This document shows, one piece after another, positions 10,785 to 25,569 of a DNA stretch of 64,000 nt. The stretch is from the NCBI RefSeq assembly GCF_009914755.1, contig NC_060947.1, one strand, 5' to 3'. The position numbers were made by a program, and so were the translations under genes. Numbering within the stretch: position 1 is the stretch's first letter; every line of letters starts with the position of its first letter. This DNA is from the human T2T-CHM13v2.0 reference genome, Homo sapiens. The notes below the pieces were generated by a model. It did no database searches. It was not told the DNA's origin and was given only the letters and a program-made list of their open reading frames with translations.

Positions 10785-12050
10785 AGGCCCTATTTTGGCC
10801 CTGCCCTCTTTGTTTCACCATACACTGTGAGCCAGCCATCTGCTACCATCCAAAATTCCTCATGCTATTCCTGGAATAGTAATCCTACCACAAGGAACAA
10901 TATCTATTCAGAATATACCAGTAAGGTCACATCAGGTGTTAAAATATTGAAATACTTCCATATCTATTGACGAAGAGCCATTGCCCTGATCCCTTCCTCT
11001 GCAAACCCCCTGCCTCCACCATCACCTCAGCTGCACTAGACTCTCCCTAAGGATCTCCGGGCCCCCTTATAATCTAACAACTGAAGGCATAATACTTGCT
11101 CCAGCATCCTGTTTCAATGTTTATACTGATTGGTCAGTGTCCATGCAGAATCTGCTGTTAAATATTTTGAATATCAAATATAGGAAAGGTCCTATAACTG
11201 CTGCACCAAGCATTATACAGCTTTCTGGGGCTCACTACTTACATGCATATGTCACTTGGCAAATCTCTTCCAAACCAGAGAGGATTTCTGAACACTTGGT
11301 GCACATTGTACACCAACCACTAGACCACACTACCATTCCCTATATTTACATGGACTCTTTGCCTTGAGGCAATCTCTGAATAGGCAGCACCTCAGCTGAG
11401 CTCTTCATGAGGAAGTCCTCCAGATACTTACCAATCCTGCACACCATGAGGAAGGTTTTAACTCTGCCTCCTCTTCATTTATTGACTTGACCTGCCATTC
11501 CCTACTTCCCCTATACCTTGGCAACCCATGATCTGGCCATTGCACATTGCTTCAAAACAAGGAAATGACTGACAAGACTAGGTCCACATAGGCAATACCA
11601 GTCCTTGCAAACTGAGACAACCAACCTATGACCCCGTAAGAGTCCACATGGAACATAGTGTGTTGGCTCCTAATGTGGGTCCCACATCAACTCTTCACAG
11701 AGCATTTGGCAAAACTTGAAACCAAGATCTGTAATACAATTTCCAACAATTCAATGGACTTTCTAAATAGTCAAGTCCAAAATCCCTTCTTCCCCAGGAA
11801 CAATTCTCTAGCTGTGTCAAGCCTGTGAAACCACTCAGGACACTGACTGGAGCAGAACCACACCTACTTTTCACACAGCCTGAGCTAATCTCTAACCAGA
11901 ACAGGATCTACATCAACCATCAACGCTGACCAGGCAATCATATACACAGCCACTCCTCATGGCCTGAAACAAACCCTAACTAGGCCAGGGAGCAAACATC
12001 AGTCTGCAAAACTTGAGGCAAATTCTGAGCAGAACAGAATCTTGAAGGAG
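10785..12050 (+). pseudogene. Separate EBLL relic (approx. L 760-1330) covering the same region again
   Basis: PDP/LPLQ ~ SDPLPFQ; YTDW..LNI ~ YPDW..LNI; NLFQ ~ DLFQ; LP*GNL*IGSTSAELF ~ LTWGRDLVGVT..AEQF; PLYLG..QNKEMTDKTRS ~ PLYLG..QRGEITGLTKS; STLHR. Confidence 0.8.
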
Positions 12051-12234
12051 CTGCTAAGATGACTCTAGTCCACAGAAGCAGCCTCCATTTCATGAAACAG
12101 CCTATGAACAGACCAGGCATATGGTCCCATGCCTCACATTCATCTCCTCCCTTTCCCTCCTCTTCCCTCTTTCTGCCCCTTTCTTCTTTCCCATTTTCTC
12201 CCATTCCTTGACCCTGTTATTCCCTTTCTCTCTC

Positions 12235-12560
12235 ACCCAATTCACTGCCATATTATTTAGTTGTTATAATAATTTTGATCTCCCTAGTCACAGGGAGGGG
12301 AAAATCTAGGAAACTTCTAAGATAGTTCCAGCCCCCCAGGCAAGTCTGCTGTTGAAAGACTGGGCCTACTGTATGAGAATCAGTGCATGGAGTTTATGTT
12401 CCTGGAACCAGAATGGTTGTGGAACAAAAACCTCTTTTCTAGTAAGCAAGCCCCCAAGCCAGCTGTTATGATCTGAGACCAGTCCCCAAGTGAAAGGCTC
12501 AGGTTCAGCCAGATTGGGAGGGACCAGAGGAGACTCTGGGTAAAAAAGTCAAGTAGATAA
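12235..12560 (+). pseudogene. EBLL relic (approx. L 1190-1300), probable continuation of 9561-10600
   Basis: MEFMFLEPEW ~ EEFVLACEPQY; FLVSKP ~ WLISKP; QIGR ~ LIGK. Confidence 0.6.
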
Positions 12561-15384
12561 ACTCTTCCATACCTCCTGCTATTCCAAGTTTTGGTCTGCC
12601 ACATTAGGATAAATATTTGCTTAAAAAATCCCTCATGTGTATGTTTGTTGTCAAGCTTTTGCATTAGATACTACACAAACTATAATTCATTGTCCCTCAT
12701 GTTCCTTGAACCCATTTCTGCCCAATTCTCTCCTTTTATCACATTCCTTAAGACCTTTTAATTCATGTTTATGTACATATATAGGAACCTACACAGAGTA
12801 CTATTTGTGTATGGTTTTTTAAATATATGCTATGCAGTACATATCATTTTGCAACTTGATTTTTCACTAGGCATTGTCTTGAAGATCTTGTCATATACAT
12901 ATAGACCTAGTTCATTTACATAAATTGCTACATAATGTGGCATATGTAATCACTCTATGTAATTATTCCTTTCTTAATGGACATTTAAGTTGTTTCCAAT
13001 GTTTTGCTATTACACATAGTGATTCCGTGAAAGCCTTAGTTTCTGCTTCCTTGTGTAATTGAACTGGAGTTTTTCTAGAGTAGATACTAAGAATGGAAAT
13101 TTCTGGGTCATAGTGAATGTCCCCCCTTTTTTTACTTTAATAGATACTGCAAATTGTACTCTCAAGTGGCTTTCTGTATTTACATTCCAATAAAGTGTGT
13201 AAACATGCATGTTTCCTCAATCCTTTGCATGCATTTTTTCAAGTTTTTATTTTGAAAAATTTCAAACATAAAATTACACATCTGACAAAGGACTAATATC
13301 CAGAATCTACAAGGAACTCAAACGAATCTGCAAGAAAAAAACAAACAATCCCATCAAAAAGTGGGCAAAGGACATGAACAGACATTTCTCAAAAGGAGAT
13401 GTACAAATGGCCAACAAACATCAAAAAATGCTCAACATCACTAATCATCAGGGAAATGCAAACTAAAACCATGATGAGGTACCACCTTACTCCTTCAAGA
13501 ATGGCCATGATTCAAAAGTCAAAAAATAAAAAAATATAATTTACAATGCATATCCATATGATCACCACCTAGATTCAATAATTAAGGTTCCATGTCTGTT
13601 TTATCTACCTATCTTTTTTGATGAACCATTTCAATGTAAGTTGTAAATATCATGATTCGTGACCCTTAAATACTTTAGCAAGCCTCTAAAAATAAGGACA
13701 TTCTCTTACATAAATGCCAGTTATTTTCACACAATATCTTATCATACCTACAAAAATTAACAATAATTTCCTAATCCTTATATCATTTAATATCCAGTTA
13801 ACATTCAAATTTCCTCAGGTGTCATCAATTGTCTTTTTTAATGTTTTATTTTGACAGCCAGGATCCAGTCAAGTTTAACTAATTGCATTTTTTAATGGAG
13901 ATATTATTAACATACTAAAGAGTTCACCATTTAAAATAGAACAATTCAGTGGTTTTTAATATATTCACTAGATTGTGCTACCATCATCACTAATTCCAGA
14001 ACATTTTCATTGCCCTGAAAAGGAAGCTTGCACCCATTAGCAGTCACTCCCCGCTCTCCCCTACTCCTGGTCACCAGCAACCACTAATTTACTTTCTGCC
14101 TTTATAGATTTGCCTATTCTGGACAATTCATAAAAATGGAATCATATAGTATGTGCCCTTTCATATCTGGCTTCTTTTGCTTAGCCATACTGTTCTCAAG
14201 ATTCATCCACATTGTAGCATGTATCAGTACTTCCTTTTTAAATAGCCAAATAATATTCCATTGTATGGATATACCACATTTTGGTGATTCATGCAACATT
14301 TGATGGACATTTGGGTTGTTTCTAATTTTTGGTTTTTATGAGTAATGCTCCTATGAATATTCCTATACAAGTTTTTGTGTGGGCGTGTGTTTTCATTTCA
14401 CTTGGGTATATACCTAGGAGTGAAATTGTTCAGTCATATAGTGACTCTATGTTTAACATTTTGAAGAACAGTTGAACTGTTTCTGCAATGGTTGCCCCAT
14501 TTACATTACAACCAGAAACGTATGAGGGTTACAATTTCTCCAAATACTCATCAACACTTGTTATTGTCTATTTTTTTGTGTGTGTTAGAGCCATGTTAGT
14601 GGGCATGAGATGGTATCTTATTGTGGCTTTGATTTCAATTTCCCTGATGATTAATAATGTTGAATATCTTTTTGTAGTTTTTCACCATTTGTATATCTTC
14701 ATTGAAGAAATGTTCATTCAGATATTTGCCATTTTTAATTGTGTTATCTTTCTTATGGAGTTGTAAGTGTTCCTTATATATTCTAGATAAAAGTGCTTCA
14801 GGAGATTTACGATTTACAAATATTTTCTTCCATTCTGTGGGTTGTCTTTTCATTTCTTGATAGTGCCCTTTGACACACACCCAAAAAAAGTAATTCAACT
14901 TATTGAGTTTTTTTCTTTGGTTGCTTTCACTTTTGGCATCATATTTAAGAAAATGATGCCTAGTCCAAACACAAAATATTGACCCCTATATTTTCTTCTG
15001 AGTTTCATTGTTTTAGCTATTACATTTAGGTCTTTGACCATTTCAAGTAAAGTTTTGTATATAAGACAGTGGTCAAAATTTATTCTTTTGCATGTGGATA
15101 TCCAGTTGTCTCAGTACCATTTGTTGAAGAAACTGCTTTTCTCCTTTGAATGGTCTTGGACTCTCAATTCTATTCCATTGACTGACATAGCTATCTATCC
15201 TTATGCCACTTGGTTACTGTCACTTTGTAGTAAGTTCTGAAACTGGGAATTATGAGTCTTCATTTTAGATCTTTTTCAAGATTGTTTTGCCTATCATGAG
15301 GCCCTGGTATTTCCATATGAATTTTAGGATCAACTTTTCCTTTTTTTTTTTTTTTTTTTTGAAAAAAAAGGCCATTGGAGGCTT

Positions 15385-15692
<308 letters not shown>

Positions 15693-18042
15693 AAAAAAGA
15701 GCATTAGAGTTTTGATGGGGATTGCATCGCATCTATAGGTCAATTTGAAGAGTGTTGCCATGTTAATGTTAAACCTTCCAATCCATGAACATAGGATGTC
15801 TTTTCACTTATTTAGGTTTTCTTTAATTTCTTCCAACAACGTTTTATTGTTTTTTTTGTGTACAACTCTTGCACTCCTTTGCTTAAAGTTATTCCCATGT
15901 ATTTTATAATTTTTGATACCATTATAAAAGAAAATGATTTATTAATTTCATTTTCTGATTGTTTATTGCTAATTCATAGAAATATAATTGTTTTTCTGCT
16001 AATCTTATATCCTGCAACCTTGCTGAACTTATTTGTCTAACAGTTTTTTAGTGAATTCCTCAAGATTTTCTATATACAAGATTATGTTATTCGTCAATAG
16101 AAATAGTTTTACTTCTTTCTTTCCAATCTGGATACCCTTTATTTGTTTTTCTGGCCTAATTGCTATGGCCAGAATCCTCAGTACAATGTTTAATAAGAGT
16201 GGTGAGAGTAGACATTCATGTTTTGTTTCTGATCTTAAGGAGAAACTTTCAGTCTTCCATTATTAAGTATGATGTTAGCTGTGAGTTTTTCATCGGTGTG
16301 CTTCATCAGATTGAGGAACTTTCCTTCCCTCTCTTGTTTGTTGAATTTTTTTTATCATGGAGGAATGTTGGTCTTTTTCAAATGCTTTTTCTGTATCTAT
16401 TGAGATAATGTGGGGTTTTCCCCTTTATTCAACTAATGTGATGTATTACATTAATTGATTTTCGTATGTTGAATCAATCTTGTATTCCTGAAATTAATGC
16501 CACTTGGTCATGGTGTATATTCCTTTTTATAAGCTGCAGGATTTAATTTGCTACTATTTTGTTGAGGATTTCTACATCTCTATTTATAAAGAATACTGGT
16601 CTATCATTTTCTTTTCTTGTGATGTCTGTCTGGTTTTGGTATCAGAGAGATACTGGCCTCACGGACTGGGTTAGGAAGCGTTCCCTCCTCTTCTGGTTTT
16701 GGAGGAGTTTGTGAATGAGTAGTGTTAACTCTTTAAATGTTTTGTAGAATTCACCAGTGAAGACTTCTTGTCCTGGGCTTTTTTTTAATTGTTAATTCGA
16801 TATTTTTATATAAGTGTGTTCAGATTTATAATTTCTTCTTATGTCAACTTGATCTTCTGTGTAATTCATTGCATTTTGTTATGTCTCTTTAGAATCTTAT
16901 GCCACAACAATACTCCCACATTTTCCACCCCAGGACATTGACTTTTAAAGACATCAGGTTGCCTTGTAGACCGTCTTGCATTCTGGATTTGTCTGATTGT
17001 TTCATCAAGCTGTCATTTAACATGTTCTTTGCTTTGTATTTACTATAACCTGAAAGTTACATATAATGTCTTGAGCAGAGTCAAATTTAACATTTTTATT
17101 GCCAATACTTGATTTTTTTAAAAAAAATTACATTTTGAAAATCGATAGATGAAGGTGAGAGCTCATGGTTAATTAGTGGTAAAATTGAATAGATTTTTAG
17201 ACTTATTGGCCATTTGGGTTTCTTATTCCGTGAACTGTTGGCTTTTATTCTTTGCCTATCTTGCTATTGTGTTGATCATCTTTGTCTTATTGATTTGAAG
17301 GTGTTTATTATTATATTCTAGATAAAAATCTTATCCACATTTTTCATTTACTTCTTCAATTCACCTGAAATTTATTTTTGCAAATGGTATATTTTAGGCA
17401 AGAATGTTATTTATTTAAATGTATTTTTTAACTTATTTAAATCAATTTTATCTATTGTCCAGATAAAATGTATTGAATAGTCGGGCTTTTCATTGACTTG
17501 AGATGTCACTTTTATTATATACTAAATTCCCATATATACATGAATCAGTACTTTTTATTATGCCCTATTGATTTATTTTTGTCTAGTCATGTGAATACAT
17601 TTTAATTACACAATGTATAATATGCTTTGATATCTGTAAGGGGAAGTATCTCATATATTTTTAAAATTGTCTTGGCTATTCTTGTACATTCACTTTTCTT
17701 TTGAATTTTAGAGTTCGCTTGTCAAACCTTAGGAAATATCTTTTTTATTATGTAGATTGTCATTGCATTCATCTTATAAGATTACTTTTGTGAGAATTTA
17801 TATCCTTAACATAATGAGTCTTCCATCCATAAACAGGCCCTTTTTCATGTTGTTCAGTACATTTTTGTAGTTTTCTCCGTAAAAACTTTAACCATTTTTG
17901 GTCAGATTTATTCCTATTTATTTCAGAGCTTTTTTGCTGTTATAAATGATATTTGCTTTTCTATTACATTTTCCAATTGGTTATTATTGGTGTATAGGTA
18001 AACTATTAATTTTGCTTTGTGAACCTTATACTCAGTCACTTG

Positions 18043-18340
<298 letters not shown>

Positions 18341-19364
18341 TCCCAGTCACTTTTAACAATGCACTAAGCTCTAAATAATTTGTCACTTCATTTTTAAACC
18401 TATTTTTTCTCTCTCATTGCATTGGCTAGGATATCTAGTACCACTGGAATAGTAATTGTTAATGATCACCCCTTTCTTCTATTTCATTTTAATGAGAATG
18501 TTTCTAAATTTTCATGATTAAAGTAGGTTTGCTGTAGGTTTCTAGTAGATAAGTTTATGAAGATAAGTTGGTCCTAATTTACTAGAAGATTTGTTAAACG
18601 TGAATGTATGGTATACTGTGTGTGGTACGTACAAACTTGAGACCAAATACCACATTTATTAGAAAATAATTCATAGGCAGCATGGGCCCCTGGGCTGAAG
18701 AGCACTGGCCTCAGTTGGACTGAACTCTGAGAAGATGGAATCTGCCAATTGAAGCCAGACATCTGTAGAATCTAGAAGTGAAGAATTTCCCAGAGAGAGG
18801 TCTCTGGGTATACCATACAACCTCAGGCTTACCAGGAAGTAGCATCTTGCTTGCAAGAAGAGAGGAAGAAAGGGCTGGCCTGGAGGGCGTCCAGGCTCAG
18901 CAGATCATATTCCTACTACAGACTGTTGCCTGCCCACCTGCCTGCCTGCCTACCTGCCTTAGGTTATGAAGCCAATTAGGAACAGAAGAGGATAAAGAAC
19001 TGTGATTTGTTCCACTTTCCAACTCTCCATTAAACTGTAGAACCCATGGGTAAGGAAATTACTTTTTTTTTTTTTTCTGCCTCAGAAGACAAAGAGCATT
19101 CCCTTGGAGATTGTCATCTTGTTTTTATGGAAGCCACTACCTAGAGTTGAATAGCTTTCCCCTTTCCATGCTATACTGTCAGCAGTGCCACATGACATCT
19201 TCAACTACCGCTACCTAAAAAAAAACTCTTACTTCCTACCCTAGCCTGGAATAACCAGTGGCTGAAGCCAAATGCCTAAGAGGTGCTTTCCTCAAAAGAA
19301 TCTCTGTCTCCCACACTTCTGGGAAATAGGTGGAAAGCAGAATGAAACAAAGTGTTCCTTAGTC

Positions 19365-19615
19365 CAGTTGTAGTCAAATGGAAGAACTGAATATTTATAG
19401 ACCTGGATTTCTTATACTAGCCCCTTCCCTCACTTGCTGTGTGAGTTGGGCCAAATCACCTAAACTCTCTGTGCCTCAGTGGGAGAGAGGACAAAAATAC
19501 TATCTACCCCAAAATTCATTGCAATGATTGAAGAAGATTTGTATAAAATGCTTAGCAAAGAGTCTAGCAATTTAAGAGTTCACAAAATATTATTTGTTAA
19601 AATGCAAATGAATGA
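19365..19615 (+). mobile_element. MIR inserted between EBLL motifs B and C
   Basis: cacttgctgtgtgagttgggccaaatcacctaaactctctgtgcctcagt. Confidence 0.85.
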
Positions 19616-19847
19616 GATTGTGAGAATGCTCAGAGAGTGACAGGGAAGAAGAGCCCCATCTTATTCCATATCTATCTATCTCCAGTGACATGCAAGCAGA
19701 TACTAAGTTATCTAAATCTAACTAAAGAGAACAAAGATTCCCCACAGATACCTTCAGTAGCCCCATGCTTTGGATTCAACCATCTCTTTTTATAGGGAAG
19801 GGCAGACACATGAAACTGGGCATTCATTGCAAAAGCAATGACTCCTT

Positions 19848-20055
19848 CGAGACCAGCCTGGCCAACATGGTGAAACCCTGTCTCTACTAAAAATACAAAA
19901 ATTAGCTGGGTGCAGTGGGGGTCACCTGTAAGCTACTTGCTAGGCTGAGGCAGGATAATTGCTTGAACCCTATAGGAGAAGGTTACAGTAAGCCGAGATT
20001 GCGCCACTGCACTCCAGCCTGGGTGACAGAGACTGTCTCGAAAAAAAAAAAAAAA
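19848..20055 (+). mobile_element. 5'-truncated AluS-type with TSD
   Basis: cgagaccagcctggccaacatggtgaaaccc..polyA; TSD aaaa(g/t)caatgactcctt at 19831-19847 and 20052-20068. Confidence 0.92.
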
Positions 20056-20479
20056 TCAATGACTCCTTAAACATGGAAAGAAGCTCTATATTCCTCAATA
20101 TTGAGGCCGCTGAAGAAAAATAATCAATGGATACCTCTACTGCTCAAGAAAGCTGGACTCCAAGACTAACTTGATTCAACCCCTGAATAACTACAAAATT
20201 ATCCTGGTTTCCCAGGGATTTTATTAGCAAGAGGAACAGAACAATCAAGACTGATCTAGACTACAGACCCCTTTGTGTACCCTGAGCTATGCTACTCTGT
20301 TTACTAATATGAACATCAGAATGCCTTGATTGCTTAAAGGAGAAACTAGGTGTTATGTATAATTTGGGCTCTGACATGCTCCTACTTTAGACGAATAATT
20401 TCTTATTTGAAGAAAGAGGATGATACTGCGAATCATATATCTTTCCACAGGACTCGTTGAGGAAGAAAAGGAGATCATT

Positions 20480-22920
20480 TTATTTATTTACTTATTTTTT
20501 ATTATTTTTAAGAATTTTAACTTTTATTTTAGATTCTGGGGGTACATGTGCAGGTTTGTTATCTGGGTATATTCTGTGATGTTGAGGTTTTGGGTACATT
20601 TGATCTCATCACCCAGGTAGTGAGCATAGTACCAAATAGTTGTCCAACACTTGTGCCCCTCCCTCCCTCCCTCCCCCTCTAGTAGTCCCTAGTGTCTATT
20701 GCTGCCATCTTTATATCCATGAATACCTAATTTTCAGCTCCCACTTATAAGTAAAACCTGTGGTATTTGGTTTTCTATTCCTGAATTAATTCAATTAAAT
20801 AATGGTCTCCAGCTGCATCCATGTTGCTGCAAAGGACATGATTTCATTCTTTTATATGGCTACATGGTATTCTATGGTGTATATGTATCACATTTTCTTT
20901 ATCCAATCCACCATTGATGGGCACCTTGGTTGATTCCAAGTCTTTGCTATTGTGAATTGTGCTGTGATGAACATACAAGTGCATGTGTCTTTTTGGCAAA
21001 ACAGTTATTTTCTTTTGGATATATACCCAGTAATGGGAGTGCTGGGTTGAATGGTAGTTCTGTTTTAAGTTCTTTGAGAAATCTTCAGACTGCTTTCTGC
21101 AGTGGCTGAACTAATTTACACTCCCACCAGCAATGTATAAGTGTTCCCTTTAAAGACTTTTGGTGGAGTCTTTAAGGTTGTCTAGGTATAGATTCATGAA
21201 GGTATAGCATTGTCCATGAAGATAGATAGTTCAACTTCTTATTTTTCTATTTGGATGCCTTTTATTTCTTTCTCTTGCCTAATTGCTCTGGCTAGGATTT
21301 CCAGTACTATGTTGAATAGGAGTGGTGAGAGTGAGCATCCTTGTTTTCTTTCAGTTCTCAAGGGGAATGCTTCCAGCATTTGTCCATTCAGTATGACATT
21401 GGCTATGGGTTTGTCTAGATGGCTCTTATTATTTTGAGGTATGTTCCTTTAATGCCTAGTTTGTTGTGGGTTTTTATCATGAAGGGATGTTGGATTTTAC
21501 CTAATGCTTTTTCTGTGTCTATTAAGATGATCACGTTTTTTTTTTTTGTTTTTCATTCTGTTTATGTGGTGAATCACATTTATTGATTTATGTCAAACCA
21601 ACCTTGCATGCCAGGAATTAAGCCTATTTAAATGTGGTGAATTATCTTTTTGATGTGCTGCTGGATTCGGTTTGCTAGTATTTTGTTGAAGATTTTTGTG
21701 TCTATGTTTATCAGGGATATTGGCCTGTAGTTTTCTTTTTTGTTGTTCTGTCTTTGCTGGGTTTGGATATCAGGGTGATGTTTGCTTTGTAGAATGAATT
21801 AGGGAGGAGCCCCTCCTCTTCAATTTGTTTGAAATAGTTTCAGTAGAATTAGTATCAGCTCTTCTTTGGCTATCTGGTGGAATGTGGCTGAGAACTTATT
21901 TGGTAAGGGGCTCTTTTTGATTGGTAGGTTTTGAATTGCTAATTATGTTTCTGAACTTAATATTAATCTTTTCAGGGTTCCAATTTTTTTCCTGACTCAA
22001 TCTTGGAAGATTGTGCATTGCCAGGAATTTATCCATTTAGTCTAGATTTTCTAGTTTGTGTGCATATAGGTGTCCATAGTAATCTCTGAGGATCTTTTGT
22101 ATTTCTGCGGGATCAGTTGTAATGTCATCTTTGTCATTTCTGATCATACTCATTTAAGTCTTTTTCTTTCTTAATCTAACTAGCAGTGTATTGACGTTGT
22201 TTATTCTTTTGAAGAACCAACTTTTGGTTTCGTTTATTCCTTGTATGGATTTTTGTGTCACAATTTCATTCAGCTCTGCTCTGATTTTATTTATTTCTTT
22301 TCTTCTGGTAGCTTTGAGGTTAGTTTGTTCTTGTTTTTCTAGTTCCTCTAGGTGTGATGTCAGATCAGTAATTTGAGATCTTTCTAACTTTTTTAGGTAG
22401 TTGGTTAGCACTATCAACTTTCCTATTAACACTGCTTTTACTGCATCCCAGAGATTTTGGTATGTTTTGTGTCTGTTTTCATTTATTTCAAACAATCTTT
22501 TGATTTCTGCCTTAATTTCATTGTTTACTCAAAAATCATTCAGAAGCAAGCTGTTTAATTTTCACATAATTTAATTTTCACATAGTTGTGTGGTTTTGAG
22601 AGATTTTGGCATTGATTTTTATTTTGATTCCACTGTGGTCTGCAAGCATGGTTGGTATGATTTTGATTTTTTAAAAATTTATTGACACTTGCTATGGCCA
22701 AGCATGTGGTCCATCTTGGAGTATGTTCCATGTGCAGATGAGAAAAATGTATATTTTGTGGTTGGCAGGTGGAGAATTCTGTAAATGTCTATTAGGTCCA
22801 ATATGTCAAGCGTTGAATTTAAGTCCAGAATTTCTTTGTTAGCTTTCTGCCTCAATAATCTGTCTAATGCTGTCAGTGGGGTGATAAAGTGCCCCACTGT
22901 TATTGCATGGCTGTCTAAAT
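20480..22920 (-). mobile_element. L1PA15/16-like LINE-1, 5'-truncated with internal deletion near 21150
   Basis: 3' end gggtacatgtgcaggtttgtta; ORF2 peptides [12 protein letters not shown] and FFSSAHGTYSKMDH. Confidence 0.9.
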
Positions 22921-23119
22921 TGAGAAATAGATAATTTTAAAACAAAACAATAACAATAGTTGTACTGCAATAATGCTGCCATTTAATAAGCATATAGTCC
23001 GTATTGTGTCATTCAATTCTCTTAACAACTCTGTGAGATATGTACTATTAACTTGTCTATACAACATATGAGAAAATTGAAGCTGAGAGAGGTTAAATAA
23101 CTTGCTCAGAGTCTCATAC

Positions 23120-25160
23120 GTAATATTTTTAAGTTTCTATTGCTATTGCAAATGATATTTATTTTCCTATCATGTACCCTAATAAGTTGTTGATGATGTG
23201 TAGGAAAGGTATTGATTTTTGTAGTCTGATATTTCATTTAACCACCCTCCTGGACTTTTCATATTTGTTCTAATATTTTATCCGTTGACTACCTCAGATT
23301 TTTATATAGCCATATTGTTTGTGAATAACAAAAATTTTGTCTCTTGCTTTCGAATCCTTATTCTCTTATTTTTAAATTTATTTTATACCTTATTGCATTG
23401 GTTAGGACATCACCATGTTGAATAGTAAGTGGTAATAGTGGCCATCTTTATCTTGTTTCTCATTTTAATATTTTGTCAATAAGAACTACCAATAGCAATT
23501 CATATTTATTGAGTACTTTATATTGCCCGAGTAAGTGCCTTTATATATTTTATATCGTTTAATCCTTGCAACAATACTATGAGGAGTGTACTATTATTTT
23601 TCTCATTTTTTGTGGATGAGAAAAGTGAAGCTCAGAAAGAGTAAGCAATTTTCCAAGGTCACACAGCTTGGATGGAACCAAGATCCTAACTAAGGCAGTC
23701 TGACTCCAAAGCTTGTACTCATAATCAAAATTACCTCCTCAGAATTTTCACAAGATTTGTTGAGGAAGTTCTCTTCTAATCTTTATTGGCTATGGATTTT
23801 TAACATGGATGGACATAAAATTTTGTCAAATGTGTTTTCAACATCTGTTGAGATGATTATGTGATTTGTCTCTTAGTCTATAATTGTATTTAATTACTTT
23901 AATAAATTTGCTAATGTTAAACTATGCGTACATTCCTGAATAAACTCTACTTGATTATAGTGCATCATTTTAATAAGCTGCTAGATTCTATTTTTTCTAG
24001 AATTTTTATATTTATATTAATAAATAAGATTAGTCTATAATTTTCTTTTTCTTTCTTGTCCTGTCTGTCTGATTTGGAGGAGCCGTCCATCTTGTTGTAC
24101 CCTCTGGAACTATTTCTATAAAATTAAAGTTGTCTGTGATTTGAAGGTTTGGAATTACCCATAAAATGTTTAGCCTTTCAATTTGTTCTATTATTTTTCT
24201 ATGATTTTCTACTTTTTATTGGGTAAATTTTAGTAATTTTATTTTTCTAAAAATTTTCTCATTGAAACATATTAGTTTAAAATTCTATGTAGTATTATTT
24301 TATTTTTAATATTACCTTGGTACCTATATTTGTGTTCATATTTGGCTTCCTGGTGATATTTTTTCACCTTCTTCATTTTTTCATATTAGTATTTAATGAA
24401 GGTTTGACTCTTAAAAACAGTCTCGTTTTATGGATCATCTATAATTTATTTGTTTTCTATTTAACAGTTTTCTGTTTTTATCTTAATCTCTCCCTTCCAA
24501 TTCCCATAGGCTTGTTTTATTTTTATTTTAGCTTTCAAGACAGAGTCTGGCTCTGTTGCCCAGGCTGGAGTGCAGTGGTGCAGTCATGGCTCACTGCAAC
24601 CTCTGTCTCCTGGGCTCAAGCAATCCTCCCACCTCAGCCACCTGAGTAGCTGAGATCACAGGTGTGTGCCACCACGCTGGCTAATTTTTGTATATTTTTT
24701 GATAGAGACTGGTTTTTGCCATGTTGCTTAGGCTGGTCTTGAACTCCTGGGTTCAAACAATCTGCCCACCTCGGCCTCCCAAAGTGCTGGGATTGCAGGC
24801 GTGAGCCACTGTGCCCGACCCATGGGTCTATCTTACTGTGCTGTTTTGTAAAACTAACACCTGGACTTGATAGCTTAGTTCGTTGACTTTTCATTTGTTT
24901 ATAATTTCTAATATGTGAATTTAAGGCCATGTTTTTCTCTGAATATTGCTTTACCTGCATCTAACAGACTTGGATATATACTTCACTCATCATCTTTGAT
25001 TGCTAAAGCATTTGCAATATCAATTTAAGTTCATCTTCAATTCAAGAGTTATTTAAAAGTGTGTTTATGTTTTTAATTTATAGATATATATTGCGTTGAG
25101 CTTGTGTAATGGGAGTGGGGTAGTTGGTTATCACTTTACTGCTGATTTCTAATTACATTT
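23120..25160 (-). mobile_element. Degenerate L1M with MIRs (~22960-23115 adjacent, ~23490-23730 internal)
   Basis: Reverse L1 ORF2-like tracts (attgcattggttaggac..gttgaatagtaagtggt) and MIR cores. Confidence 0.7.
24515..24820 (-). mobile_element. AluJ-type SINE
   Basis: Full Alu dimer ending gagccactgtgcccgacc. Confidence 0.92.
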
Positions 25161-25174
25161 CAGTCCTGCATAGC

Positions 25175-25560
25175 TGATTTCTGAGCCCGTATTCTCAATC
25201 GATACAAATGGTAATAGTCTGTCGCAGTGTGTGCCTCTATTTCCCAATCTAGAGGCAGTGTGATGTTGGCTTTTTTATATTCAGCACCACCTGAGAGTGA
25301 GCATTTAAGGATGTGAGAAATGAGACTTAATGTCAGTTCTCAGGAGTCAGTTGGTCCACTTAGAGACATGTAGTCCCTTTCTTACAGACCCCTCTTCACG
25401 TTTGGAAAGAAGGTGTTTGTCTTATGAGCCCTCTTTGTCAGTCAGGACACATCATGTTGACTTATCTAATCCTACTGGTTTGTAGCTACACTTCGGTTTC
25501 TGGGTAGTTGGTTATGGGCATATCCCATAGGTTGTGTGGCACTGAGGAAGTAGAATATTC
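25175..25560 (+). pseudogene. Endogenous bornavirus-like G (EBLG) relic, C-terminal part
   Basis: HLRM*EMRLNVSSQESV ~ HLEEFEASLNMTPQTSI; NPTG..W/SWL ~ NPLG..WAAWL. Confidence 0.75.
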
Positions 25561-25569
25561 AAAGTCCTG

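Larger units (their letters stand above)
18680..20310 (+). pseudogene. EBLL relic spanning the RdRp core (pre-A to E), interrupted by MIR and Alu
   Basis: LRL/YQEVA ~ IRIYQVVA; GDCHLVFMEA/HY..NSF ~ motif A; CQQ..IFNYRYL..LP ~ CRQ..MFNCGYF..LP; QK..FWEI (B); SDMQ (C, GDNQ); HMKL (D); KHGKKLY ~ EYGKKLF (E); RLT/DSTPE ~ RVTDSTGE. Confidence 0.85.

Noticed and set aside
11083-11135. GIILAPASCFNVYTD resembling an RTE/CR1 reverse transcriptase motif
   Set aside because: No other RT motifs; the context fits EBLL (YTDW..LNI).
11663-11682. tggctcctaatgtggg resembling a tRNA-Lys primer binding site
   Set aside because: Several mismatches and no adjacent LTR.
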